The notes beneath the pieces are model-generated. The model made no database searches and was not told where the DNA came from. It was given only the letters and a program-made list of their open reading frames with translations. A program made the position numbers and the translations under genes. From the NCBI GenBank assembly GCA_964016885.1, contig OZ024740.1, positions 197,594,001 to 197,658,000 of the forward strand: 64,000 nucleotides of DNA, read 5' to 3'. This stretch comes from Eledone cirrhosa. Taxonomy: Eukaryota. Positions 42,344 to 60,488 of the stretch are shown here, piece after piece (within the stretch, counting starts at the first letter, position 1; every line of letters starts with the position of its first letter).

Positions 42344-43669
42344 ATAATATTATATAATATAATACAATATAATATAGTTGTTTGATCAATAGAACAGCCT
42401 GCTCGTGAAATTAACGTGTAAATACCTGGGCTTTCAATATACAAGTGTACTCTCAACGTAATTCTGAGAAAGATTCAACGTGACGGTGTGTAACAAGGTT
42501 GGCTCTTTGAATATTATAGACACAATCCATCTGACGGGCTTCCAATTTCACTCACAAGGCATGGGTCCTCTCGTGGTTATGGTAAATGACACTTACTCAA
42601 AATGCTACGCAGTGGGATCGAACTCGGAAGCAAATGATTGCGAAGCGAGCTTTTTAACCATTCGGCCACACTTCATCCACTTAAGGAAGAGAAGAGCAGT
42701 GTGCAACTCTGTTTTATTTTAAAGGCTTCCGTGATTGGTGGAAGTGATGGAAGCAGGTATTCTCAAACAGGAAACATAATCGATGTGTTTGCAACAAAAT
42801 GGACTCCGGTGAAGGCACTCAAGGATTAAGTGCTGTTGTTAAACCAAGTGGCGGATTATGTGTGGCACCCATGTAGGCTCACAATGTGATTTAAACTCAG
42901 CCTTACAAAAGTATTAGAACAATTGGCGATGCTTTAATAATTCTGCCAATCTATCACTCTAGACCTTATTAACTCTGAAAGACGAAAAATAATGTTCATT
43001 TTGGCGGCATTTGAATTCGGGACACAGAGACAGAGAGCCAGAACAAATATCACAAGGCATTTTCTCATACGGTCTAACGACTCTGACAATTTAGTGTCCT
43101 ACGCTTTAGCCACACTGCCAATTCACTCTGTGTAAACGTCTGTTAGTTTTCAAGTCAAAAGTGGTCTATGCACATGTGCAATATTAAAAATAAAATACCG
43201 CAAGCCCTTCACCAGGAAAGAAACCGCGCAAACAGAAACCAAAAGGAAACCTCCGGAGAATTCCGGTTTTATTTGATTGTATAAAAGAAAAAAATAATAA
43301 CAGGTAATTTGTTAAAATGAGAAAGTTTTTAAGAGTATGGTTTTTTTAATTTTATTCATTAAACAGTGACAGTAACAACAGATGCTACAATTATCATAAA
43401 ACAATATCACTTCAAGAAGAAGAAGAAGAAGAAGAAGAAGAAGAAGAGCAGTAACAACTAAATAAGATATTTAAAGTAAGATTGCATTATTGAGTATTTC
43501 TTAAAAATATCATCCATATTGATTTTTTTTCACCACTCCATTGAAGTCCATGCGGCCTAAAGGAGAATATTTTTTGTTTGTTATCATATGGTATTATAAT
43601 AGAAGGAGATTATTTAGATAGTTACTGCTAGCATTTTTCTTTATTATTAACAAAATCAGCGTTACTAAT

Positions 43670-43858
43670 AATGGTTTCTACGTTAGGCACAAGGCCAGCA
43701 ATACCCAGTGTATTACTGGTACTTTATTTTATCGACCCCGTAAGGATGAAAGGCAAAGTTAACCTCGGCGGGATTTGAACTCAGAATAGCAAGGGCCGTA
43801 ACTCTATGCGTCAAAGCATGGCGTCCGACCCTCTACCAATACTGCCAATCCACCGCCC
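43670..43858 (-). mobile_element. Full-length SINE with target-site duplication
   Basis: cagcgttactaataat on both sides (about 43657 and 43858). Confidence 0.9.
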
Positions 43859-44225
43859 AGCGTTACTAATAATATTTATAAAATATCATTATGATTATAT
43901 ATTATTCTATGTGAATAATTTTCCCTAGAAAAAGTGTGTATTTTTAAAAATAACTTATTACATTCCGCATAAAACTTTCTGCTGTATGAATATTGAGTTA
44001 ACTATCCGATAACAGTTGTACTTTTAATGAAACCCAGATAAAAAATACTATGACAGTTATTTAAGAACTGCAACTGTCTGTGATAAATTCTACTAGTTGT
44101 TATTGCTTGAAATTGGTAAGACTACATAGAGGATCCCCGTTCATTCTACGTGGTTTCTGATTTTTGTCACATTCCTTTCATGCAGGTGAAAATTTATATG
44201 AAACTGAGAAATAAATGATTCCTTT

Positions 44226-44393
44226 AACAGCATGATAACATGTTAACGTGATAGCATGATAACATGATAACGTGACAGCATGATAACATGATAACATGAT
44301 AACGTGATAACATGATAACGTGACAGCATGATAACATGATAACGTGACAGCATGATAACATGATAACGTGATAACGTGATAACATGATAACGT
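44226..44393. repeat. 8-bp-based CATGATAA/CGTGATAA tandem repeat
   Basis: Direct reading. Confidence 0.9.
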
Positions 44394-44708
44394 GGACGGA
44401 CGTTTGAATCACAGACACAATTCATCCAACCAGCTTGCACATAGTTTTGGTCTCCCCAATTCTACTCACAAGGCTTGTGCCGACATGAGGTCATGGAAAA
44501 GACACTTGCCCAAAACAACAACAACAAGAACTAATCTATATTCGAGCCTCAACCTGCAAGACAAACCTGCCAAATCACATTTAACTCATACCTTGTAGTT
44601 TTAAATAAGATAAGAACACATGAACTAATGAAATCCTATACATTCCTAAAAATACAGGATGTTCACAGTGAGAATTCCATTGATTAGAGGCTGACTAAGA
44701 ACTAAAAA

Positions 44709-44739
<31 letters not shown>

Positions 44740-45650
44740 CTTCTTCTTCTTCTTCTTCTTCTTCTTCTTCTTCTTCTTCTTCTTCTTCTTCTTCTTCTTC
44801 TTCTTCTTCTTCTTCTTCTTCTTCTTCTTCTTCTTCTTCTTCTTGAGAGGGCAAGGGGGCAGAGTCCTCAAACACTCCTTCCAGTGGGCCCAACAACAGT
44901 TTAATTCATATAATTTTCTTATATGCTCTAGAACTCAGAATATAGTCAGAGTTGCAAAGGAACAGTGTTAGTAATCTGGGCGCAAAAAGTGCGAGATAAA
45001 TAAAAAGCGCCATATGATGTTAATAGTGTGTGTGTGTGTTTTGATATGACTCTTCTACAAAGTAATTACTCTAAGTTAAACACACGGTTTCAGATTAAAT
45101 CATTTGCCGGACAAGTATAACTCCGAAATCAGGATATAAAACCCCACGGAAAAAATTGCAGAAATTCATGTCACAGTTTTGATCTGAATATTTAAAGCCC
45201 TATCCCCCCGTTTATACTTAACATGAAAGCAAAGGTAGTTACCAAAGGTTGGTACAATTCAAGTGATATTTCTGGTCATCAGATTTTTCAACTTGGTATA
45301 AGTAAGATACAATATAATACACATATTGTAAGGTCATGGGGTCAGAGTACTTAAGCACGCCTTCCAGCGGGACCTGTAAGATGTTTCGACAGAAGTTTAA
45401 TATAAAAGGCAAAATACATTAGAATCCTTTGAATATTAGCAATATATTAAAGATTGTGAAATTATTATGAATTTTCTTCAATTATGTGTACCTTCTATAT
45501 CGCTGCGAGATGTCATTACTTGGTATTACGTCTGTATATTACACAGAATATTTGATAATAATTAAAGAAAGCTATAATTGGACATTTAGTTCAATAAAAG
45601 ATCTATACAGTTGAAAGTTAGCTGGTATAGCTCACCGCAGAGCAAGTTTA

Positions 45651-46263
45651 TCTATATATATAAAACTGCGGATGTGTGTGTGTGTGTCTGTGAGTTTGAG
45701 CCCCTAAAACTCGAGAAGTACCCAACCGATTTTTTTTATAACTTTACATGTGTATTACTTATGTTTCAAGGAGTGTTATGCACATAGAATTCAACTTTTG
45801 GATCTGCGCTTTTTCAGCTTTTTAGGTTTTTTTTGAGGCGTTACGTCAGACCAATTTCCTTGAAATTGTAACTATGTATTAGTCAGTCTCTTCTTCATAC
45901 CGTGAGCAAAAAAAAATCAAACTTTTTTATGGCCTAGGGCCCGCATTAGGTGAAAAACTTCATTTTTTCAGCTTTTTCTTGGGCTTTTTTGAGGCATTAC
46001 GTCTAGCCGATTTTCCCGAAATTTCAAGGCATATTTTGCACATAAAAAAATTCATTTTCTTGATCCCCTAGGACCCACATTAGGTAAAAACCTGCATTTT
46101 TCCTGCTTCATCGACGAAAATCTTAAAGATTATCCAGCCATCAGAGTATTCGGTTTATTTTCTTTACATATTGTCCAGGTATGCAGTTTTTCCACGATTA
46201 GGTCTGTGGGCGGCCCGCGTTCCAAAATACCTTATCCCGGGCAACGCCGGGTACCACTGCTAG
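45651..46263 (+). mobile_element. Non-autonomous Helitron
   Basis: 5' TCTATATATATAAAACTG, 3' CCCGGGCAACGCCGGG..CTAG, A|T site. Confidence 0.85.
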
Positions 46264-46713
46264 TAATATATAAATGAAGTTTTCTCGAAGATCGAGTTGA
46301 AGCTCATAGAATAATGAGAAAAACTCAACGCAAGAATAGTTGTTAAAACAGCAAAATGCATATATTTTATATCATATAAAATGCATATATTTCACTTACA
46401 AAATATATAAATTGTAAGGGTATGTGGATGTATTAGTAACAGACAAATGCACATGCATACACAGACATTCTGTAAAATATATTCTTACGCAAATCATACC
46501 AGATATTTCTATTCTGAAATACTATATTATTATTACACATATACACACATGTCAACATATATCTATACCCACATACGCTGCAAAGTATCTATATACAGAA
46601 ATACAACCGCATATTACACATATAAACATATAATAACATAGATCATTATATACACACCCACTTCACGTACCAGAATACAGAAATAATAATACATATTACG
46701 CATATACAAACAC

Positions 46714-46823
<110 letters not shown>

Positions 46824-47095
46824 GGAGGTGAGTTTTATTGTAGTACAATAAAGCAATGCAGATATCGGATAAGAAGCACTCTACAGTTTGTAGGACTGGA
46901 GTATACATAATATATATATATATATATGTATATAGGAATCTAAATGTGTGGTTGTGTAGGAAAGAGATAGAGATATATATATATATAGAGCGAGAGGGAG
47001 AGTGAGTCAGGGAGAGAAAGGTCGATAAAGAGAGCATATGAGTGAGCGTGTGTGTGTATACACACACATATATATATACACATAGTCACATACAC

Positions 47096-47161
<66 letters not shown>

Positions 47162-47172
47162 ACACACAGACA

Positions 47173-47205
<33 letters not shown>

Positions 47206-47210
47206 CCACA

Positions 47211-47263
<53 letters not shown>

Positions 47264-47760
47264 GGCATAAATTCAAACAAATCTCCGTTACAGTATTTAG
47301 CAGAAACTTGATTTTGAAGATATAATCAAGCAATAAGGAGTTTGATTGATGTATGTATTCACACCAAATGAAGGAGTGTTAATTAGATGAAGATAAAGGG
47401 AACAAGTGTTTCTAAAGGCATTAAGTCGTTTCAACATTTCACGAGAGGGGAGAAGTCTGTATTAGTAGTATTAGTAGTATTAGTAGGTAGCATGAATATG
47501 TGATTGGATATTCACACACACGCCTACACTCACGCCCCAACAGACACATATATGTGCATACATACATACATACATACATACATACATACATACATACATA
47601 CATACATACATACATACATTCATACATACATACATACATACCAATGTGTGTGTGTATATATATCTATATATATCTATATGTAAGAGGTGAGTTTTATTGT
47701 AGAACAATAAAACTCTGCATATATCGGATAAGTAGCACTCAACAGTTTATTGAACTGGAG

Positions 47761-48073
47761 TATATATAAGAAGAAATTAAAAGATGGTTAAGAAAGTTCC
47801 ATATATTTTATTATGCGCATTTCAAAAACAAATATCATCCTGGGACGTTAGTTGCGTTCTCATCAGATAAAATAAGGTAACATGATATGATGCCTAAAAA
47901 AGCACTTGTGAACCAGAAAGTGTCCAGTCAACATATGTTGACTGTACACTTTCTTGTTCACATTTATCTGATGAGAACGCAACTATCGTCCCAGGATGAT
48001 ATTTGTTTTTGAAATGCGCATAATAAAATATATGGAACTTTCTTAACCATCTTTTAATTTCTTCTTATATATA
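47761..48073. mobile_element. Palindromic element with a hammerhead on each strand (- 47807-47871; + 47963-48027)
   Basis: tttat CTGATGA [stem II hairpin] GAAA TGCGCA TA ataaa in both arms; inner palindrome centred near 47934. Confidence 0.8.
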
Positions 48074-48123
48074 TGTATATATATTGATATGTATGTATGC
48101 ATATATACTATAATATATAATAT

Positions 48124-48175
<52 letters not shown>

Positions 48176-48293
48176 CATATACATACACAAGAGCTCATTC
48201 TCCAGTCTCCTTCTCAGCAAGGAAGATGAAAAAAACTTACCTCTTAATTTTTAGTATTTAATTCTTATTAATTCTATTTAATTGTAATACTCA

Positions 48294-48340
48294 TCATTTG
48301 ATAAGATGAATTTTAATAATACATCGAAACCGGTAATACT
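48294..48340 (+). ncRNA. Minimal hammerhead, U3-A8 core (family of 11567)
   Basis: TTGATAA GATG aattttaataata CATC GAAA CCGG TA. Confidence 0.6.
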
Positions 48341-48448
48341 TTATATACTTTATAGACATTATAAAACTCTTTTTAAAAAGAATTGTCCCTCTCATTTTTT
48401 CAATAATGTCACTTTGACGAATTTCCGTGCTATTTCCAACTTCACCTC

Positions 48449-48574
<126 letters not shown>

Positions 48575-48593
48575 ATATATATATGTATGTATG

Positions 48594-48686
<93 letters not shown>

Positions 48687-48716
48687 GTATATATACGTAT
48701 ATATATATGTATATAT

Positions 48717-48822
<106 letters not shown>

Positions 48823-48844
48823 GTATATATATATATATATATAC

Positions 48845-48924
<80 letters not shown>

Positions 48925-48927
<3 letters not shown>

Positions 48928-49493
48928 TATGTATACGTACATACATATATGTATACGGACGTAGAGTAGTATGTATATATATACATACATGCACACATAT
49001 ATATATATGTACGTGTGGTTTTACCGAGCATTTATTATAATGCTCGGTTTGTTTGTAAACAAACATCCCGAATTAAGCCGTATAGTGTTTAGCAACCATC
49101 GTTGCCCTTTTGTTCAACACTGACAAAGGAACTATGTACTAGTTTCAAGCTTATTAGCTATCGTCAGCACCGTATACTTTCCTGCCAGATGATTGAACGT
49201 CTGAAAGTATATACTTTCCTTATGCATATTAATGGGTGAGCAGCCTAATTTGCATATCGAGTGAGTTAATCGGCCGGGCGCACCAGAATCGATAAATGGA
49301 AAAAATGAAACGAAATTTCATTTCCCACTCTTAGTACGGCTGTTACTTAAATATAAGTATGTATACGTACATACATTATTAGCTATCGTCAGCAACGTAT
49401 ACCTTCCTGCCAGATGATTGAACGTCTGAAAGTATATACTTTCCTTATTCATATTAACGGCTGAGCAGCCTAATTTGCATATCGAGTGATATA

Positions 49494-49562
<69 letters not shown>

Positions 49563-50160
49563 GGAAAAGAATGAAACGAAATTTCATTCCTCACTCTTAG
49601 TACGGCTGATACTTAAATGTAAGTATGTATGTATACGTACATACATATATGTATACAGACTACAGTAGTACGTATATATATATACATACATGCACACACA
49701 TATATATATGTACGCATGGGTTTACCGAACCTTTATTATAATGCTCGGTTTGTTTGTTTCTAAACAAACAAACAGCCCGAATTACGCCTTACAGTGTTCA
49801 GGCAACCATCGTCGCCCTTTTGTTCAACACTGACACAGGAATGATGTACTAGTTTCAAGCTTATTAGCTATCGTCAGCATCGTATACCTTCCTGCCAGAT
49901 GATTGAACGTCTGAAAGTATATACTTTCCTTATGCATATTAACTGCTGAGCAGCCTAATTTGCATATCGAGTGAGTTAGTCGGCCGGGCGCCCCGAAAAC
50001 GATAAATGGAAAAGAATTAAACGAAATTTCATTTCTCACTCTTAGTACGGCTGATACTTAAATGTAAGTATGTATGTACACGTACATACATATATGTATA
50101 CAGACGTACAGTAGTATGTATATACATACATGCACACTTATATACATACACACATATATA
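48925..50160 (-). mobile_element. Tandem ~430 bp non-coding units with minimal hammerheads (49132-49170, 49842-49880); retrozyme-like
   Basis: Head-to-tail repeats; reverse strand CTGACGA T AGCT aata AGCT T GAAA CTAG TA. Confidence 0.8.
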
Positions 50161-50162
50161 TA

Positions 50163-50293
50163 TAGGAGAGTGTATGACCCCGTCGGCAGAGCTCAAGCCG
50201 TTTCGACGGCTATTTCTGGACTAAAGTGACTTTAGTCCAGAAATAACCGTTGTAACGGCTTGAGCTCTGCCGTCGGGGCATACTTTCTCCTAT
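50163..50293. repeat. ~130 bp GC-rich imperfect palindrome with nested hairpins
   Basis: ggagagtgtatgaccccgtcggcagagctcaagccgtt..aacggcttgagctctgccgtcggggcatactttctcc; downstream 50305-50350 resembles 59530-59573. Confidence 0.8.
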
Positions 50294-50369
50294 TACCCAC
50301 TCTACTACCCTAAGTATTGAGTACTCTGGTGCGTTATGGTCCATCTGGTTCCTTACCACAACTCCTCCG

Positions 50370-55335
<4,966 letters not shown>

Positions 55336-55405
55336 GGTTGGGGGGGGGGGGGGGGGGTGTTTGGATAGGATAGATTTATATTTCCTATTCAACAATGCTT
55401 CAAGC

Positions 55406-55509
<104 letters not shown>

Positions 55510-55900
55510 GCTTGAAGCATTGTTGAATAGGAAATCTAAATCTAAATAATATTGAAAACCATACAATGCATTAGAAAACAATAGAATCTTATAAGGTAAG
55601 ATTCATTGTTATCTTAATACATTTAATTTTCTAATGCATTGTATTTTTTTCAAAATTATTAATATATATATATATATATAGTAATAATAATAAGTGTCAA
55701 GACTAAAATCCAAAGAGAGCTCGATAAGGATAAATATATATCAAATATATAAGAACCATAGAGCAAACATTTAAAAGATCCCGTTAAGGGCGAAAGCAGT
55801 GATTCTTTGCTTAAAGTTTAATCTGTTAATTTAATACCACCTTCATCACCTTGACCGACCAGTCATGACGTGCTGTGACCAACGACGCCGATTAATATAC

Positions 55901-55944
<44 letters not shown>

Positions 55945-55952
<8 letters not shown>

Positions 55953-56710
55953 TTACATGCATATATGTATACAGACGTACAGTAGCATGTATATATATAT
56001 AGATATATATATATATATACATACATATACACATATATATATATGTACGTATGGATTCACCAAACATTTATTATAATGCTCGGTGTGTTTGTAAACAAAC
56101 ATCTCATATTAAGCCGTAGTGTCTAGCAACCACCGTTGCTCGTTTGTTCAACACTGACAAAGGAACGCTGTACTAGTTTCAAGCTTGTTAGCTATCGTCA
56201 GCAACGTATACCTTCCTGCCAGATAGTTGAACGTCCTAAAGTATATACTTTCCTTATGCATATTAACGGCTGAATAGCCCAATTTGCATATCGAGTGGGT
56301 TAATCGGCCGGGTGCACTGAAAACGATAAACGGAAAAAATGAAACGAAATTTCATTTCCCACTCTTATTACGGCTGTTACTTAAATATAAGTATGTACAC
56401 GTACATACATATATGTATACAGACGTACAGTAGTATGTATATATATATACATACATGCACACATATATATATGTACGTATGGTTCAACTATCTGGCTGGA
56501 AGGTATAGTTGCTGACGATAGTTAACAAGCTTGAAACTAGTACAGCGTTCCTTTGTCAGTGTTGAACAAACGAGCAACGGTGGTTGCTAGACTCTACGGC
56601 TTAATACGGGATGTTTGTTTACAAATACACCAAGCATTATAGTAAATGTTTGGTGAATCCATACGTACATATATATATGTGTGCATGTATGTATGCACAC
56701 ATATATATAT
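55945..56710. mobile_element. Second locus of the ~430 bp retrozyme-like unit, with an inverted partial copy
   Basis: HHR on - strand 56167-56205 and on + strand 56508-56546 (gttg CTGACGA..GAAA CTAG TA cagc). Confidence 0.8.
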
Positions 56711-56714
56711 ATAG

Positions 56715-58422
56715 AAAGAGTATAGAAATAACAGCTATAATAGTAATAGTCATAACAATAACAATAGCAGGAGAGTGAGAAATAGTAATAATGGTAATAA
56801 TATTAACGATAGATAGAACAACAATAACAACCACAATAATAATTGTTTCTACTTTTGGCACAAGGCCAGAAATTACCCAATGCATTACTGGTACTTTATT
56901 CTATCGACCCCGGAAGGATGATAGGCAAAGTTAACAACAACAATAATAATAATAATAGAAACATTAACTACAGACACAGCAGCAGCGACCACAGTAGTAA
57001 TAACGGTAACAATACGAATAACAGCAACAACAACCACAGTGGTAATATTAGAAATAATATATGTAGCAACATTAATGATAGACACAACAAAAACAAGAAA
57101 CATAATAAAAGTAACAACCACAATGGTAGAAATAACAGTAACAACAACAATAACGGTGAAGTAAACAACAATAGATCTAGCAATCATAACAATAATAATA
57201 ATGCTAATGATAGGAACAACAACAACCACCATAATAACAATAATAGCAACACACACAACTATGACGATAGATATAATGACAACCCCTTAGAGAAACTATT
57301 CTTCAACCCAGCTGACAAAACATATAAGATGGCTAATATCTATCCTACGAGGTTACCCTTTAATAAAAGAGTTTGCATACCACAAGAAATAGATGACGAG
57401 ACAGAAGCACAGTTCACTATAGCTAGAAATAAGATTAGACAAATAGTAGACCGGTATACTAAGTGACAAAGCAGACCAGAGGCCCAACAACTTGGGAGGA
57501 AACCTGTAGAAGGCTTGGTTAGCCTCAAGCAGCGCACAAGGGATGGTGAGGTAGTATGTCTACCCACGGATAAGTCTGGTAGGATGTCAATAGACAGCAT
57601 GCCGAACTACATCAAGGCTAAGCAACCCCACATCACCAACACGAGCGAAATTGCACAGCAAATACATGATGGGAGAGAGAAAATCCTCAACGCTCACATG
57701 ATGATGTGGACCGACATCCTAAAGCCAAGCAGACGCACTGCCAACAACTTCCAGGTGTCTAACAATGGCATACCACCCTTGTATGGGCTCCGCAAAGACC
57801 ACAAGACAGTCGACGACCCGACAACAGGACCACCAACAAGACCTGTATGCGGAGCAAATATAGCTAGTAACTACAGGATCTCCTACTACCTCTCAATGGT
57901 TATACGCCCCATAATCAAGATGTCCCCAGATTTATGTGACAGTACAGAGGACCTCCTCATCAGAATCAGTGAGTGCAACAAAAACAGGAGCCTATCCAAC
58001 TGCATAATAGGCAGCATGGATATGGTGTCACTGTACCCATCCATTAACATTGATTTTGCTGTGGAAAAATGTGTGGAGATGATCATTGAGAGTGAGGTGG
58101 AGTTCTGCGACGTCGACACAGACGAACTGGGCCTCCTACTTAGACTTACCTACGACACTGACTACCTAGGCAGCCATGATCTTAGACGTTTCTGCCCCAG
58201 TAGACCCATAAGAGGTAGACCCCCCACCATAACCTCAATGGTAAAAAAGACTCCCATGGGAAGGTGAATTGGGTGGACCAAAGCTATACGGACCCCCCAA
58301 AACAATGATCAGGTAAGAAAAATGGTCGCACATGCAATAGGGGCTAGTATCAAAACTAGCCTAAAGGGCCACATATTCAAGTTCAACGAGAAGATCTACA
58401 CCCAAAATGAGGGAGCAGCCAT
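56715..58422 (+). pseudogene. Second, truncated copy of the 33.5 kb PLE with nonsense mutations and a SINE fragment at 56840-56932
   Basis: Colinear with 34140-35717; TGA at 57464 and 58265. Confidence 0.9.
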
Positions 58423-59221
58423 TTGACCCAACATAGTCATCTATTCCCATTTTTGCTTATAGCTAATAAGTTAAATAGTTATAGCTAACTTAGATAATTA
58501 TTAGTTACCCCCTTACACTGTTTCTCAATTAAACTCATTAGCACTTCTTAACTATTAACTACCCACAATTTCTAATTTCTCGAGGAGTTACTTCCCCTGA
58601 AACCACCCTCTAATTAGTAAGATAAATATGTCCATTGGCGGCCATCTTGTTACCCATAGGCAGATCTCACATAATGCAGCCTCGACAGATGAATATTGCT
58701 TGCCTATGGCAGACAATAGATATACCCAGGACACCATAGTGAAATACCAATATATGGAACATTACATTCATGTAACATTCTATATTTTAATTTATATTCC
58801 TTTTGAAGTTCCGATGAGCTGCTCCAATTTTACCTAAGTTAATTATCTTCAACTGAACCAGATCAATAATGATCTATAATCATTTGATCCAGAAACATTA
58901 TATGGAGTAGCGAAACAATTGTAAACGGACATTATTAATATTATTATTATTATTCTCTACATTCCTTACATTAAACTACAACTATGTTGACAATCTTTTA
59001 ATAATGTCTTCCTTGTGAAATTTGTGGTCTTATTTTTCTTAACTAATGAATATTTCCAGCTCTGTGCACCTAACCTCTGCATGAACCCAGCAACCTAGCT
59101 GCCTTCCACTGCATATTGCACATTGAGCACATGCCTTTACGCTTTGGCTTCTAACTAAATCACCAATCTCTCTTCTCCTCTCCTATCTCCATCTCTCTCT
59201 TTAAGATTGGTTACTTTTGAA

Positions 59222-59225
<4 letters not shown>
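58421..59225 (+). mobile_element. 3' end/pLTR of the Hydra-like PLE (inverse of 53845-54667), HHR-like core 58808-58926
   Basis: Colinear with reverse complement of 53845-54667. Confidence 0.85.
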
Positions 59226-59294
<69 letters not shown>

Positions 59295-59371
59295 GCCTCC
59301 TGTTATTATATATATATATATATAATAACAGGAGGCTGGACTGGTGTAAATCCTTGAAAGGTTTATTATAC

Positions 59372-59432
59372 TATGATATGATCATTTCAATGACCGGGTT
59401 CCGTATGAATCCGGTGATATCATCAGGTATTC
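59372..59432 (-). ncRNA. Hammerhead-like motif in pLTR-like sequence
   Basis: Reverse strand CTGATGA T ATCACCGG..CCGGTCAT T GAAA TGATCA TA; stem I weak. Confidence 0.6.
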
Positions 59433-59807
59433 GAAATATAACAAAGGAACATAACAAATAAAATCCATGGGGCTGAAAATCAAAGACAAGAGGATGACTG
59501 ACCAACTAGCTGCTTTCACCTCAGTCAGTCGCCCTCAAGTATTGGCTACTCGGTCTACTAATGACCATCTGGTGAGGGGGCTAAGGCTTATAATGTACTA
59601 CCACTTCTCCGTCAAAGAGAAAAAAAGAAGCAAGAAAGAAAGAAGAAAAGTCAGCGTTAGGGTCACACTACAGTCAGGCTAGAAATCGCCGCGAAAAATG
59701 TTTTTCTAAAGAACCTATATCTTTACAGAGGCATTTATATGGGTGTCTGTATGGTATGTGTGAACAGAAATTTGGAACGCTAAACTTATGTTTAGGGTTA
59801 TAGGATG

Positions 59808-59933
59808 AAATAAAAAAAAAAATAAAAAAAAAAAAAAAAATAATAAAAAAAAAAAAAATAAAAAAAATAAAAAAAAAAATAAATAAATAAAAAATAAAAA
59901 AAAATAAAAAATAAAAAATAAAAAATAAAAAAT

Positions 59934-59970
<37 letters not shown>

Positions 59971-60034
59971 AAATAAAAAATAAAAAATAAAAAATAAAAA
60001 ATAAAATAAAAAATAAAAAATAAAAAATAAAAAA
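59808..60034. repeat. (TAAAAAA)n A-rich array
   Basis: Direct reading. Confidence 0.9.
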
Positions 60035-60073
60035 TACGGAATGACCAATTCTATCCAGTGGTGAACCAACAAA

Positions 60074-60142
<69 letters not shown>

Positions 60143-60267
60143 GTGAGGTTCCTTTACAAAATGAAAAAAAAAAACGAGGTGTCCTACACGACTGAAAGTA
60201 TAAGGAAAAGATATGAAATCGAAATGCAACTGGAGTCTTTTTAAAAAAAAAAAATATTTATTTGGTT

Positions 60268-60306
60268 CCTTTACCGGTTTCGCAGTTCTTGTGCTTTTCA
60301 AAAGTA
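60268..60306 (-). ncRNA. Minimal hammerhead, U3-A8 core
   Basis: Reverse strand ctt TTGAAAA GCA caagaac TGC GAAA CCGG TA aag. Confidence 0.6.
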
Positions 60307-60420
60307 GAATTGAGATGGAGGGTTTGTGGTTTTTCTCACACACACACACACACATATATTTATATATATATATATTATTCAAAATATTAATAAATGAAGA
60401 CGTTCACATAATCAAAATAT

Positions 60421-60488
60421 ATATTTAATTATATATATTTCGGAGGTACTGTGCTGTTTTTTCAGTACGTCCTCATCAGATAAAATAT
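60421..60488 (-). ncRNA. Type-I hammerhead, canonical core
   Basis: Reverse strand atattttat CTGATGA GGA c GTACTG..CAGTAC c TCC GAAA TATATA TA attaaatat. Confidence 0.75.

Noticed and set aside
45265-45285. CTGATGA..GAAA on the minus strand (also CTGATGA at 29385)
   Set aside because: No room for stem II, or no GAAA partner; chance matches
57464-58267. In-frame TGA codons as selenocysteine, as in some Naiad PLEs
   Set aside because: They align to AGA and TGG in the intact copy, not Cys; the element has a C-terminal EN, unlike Naiads
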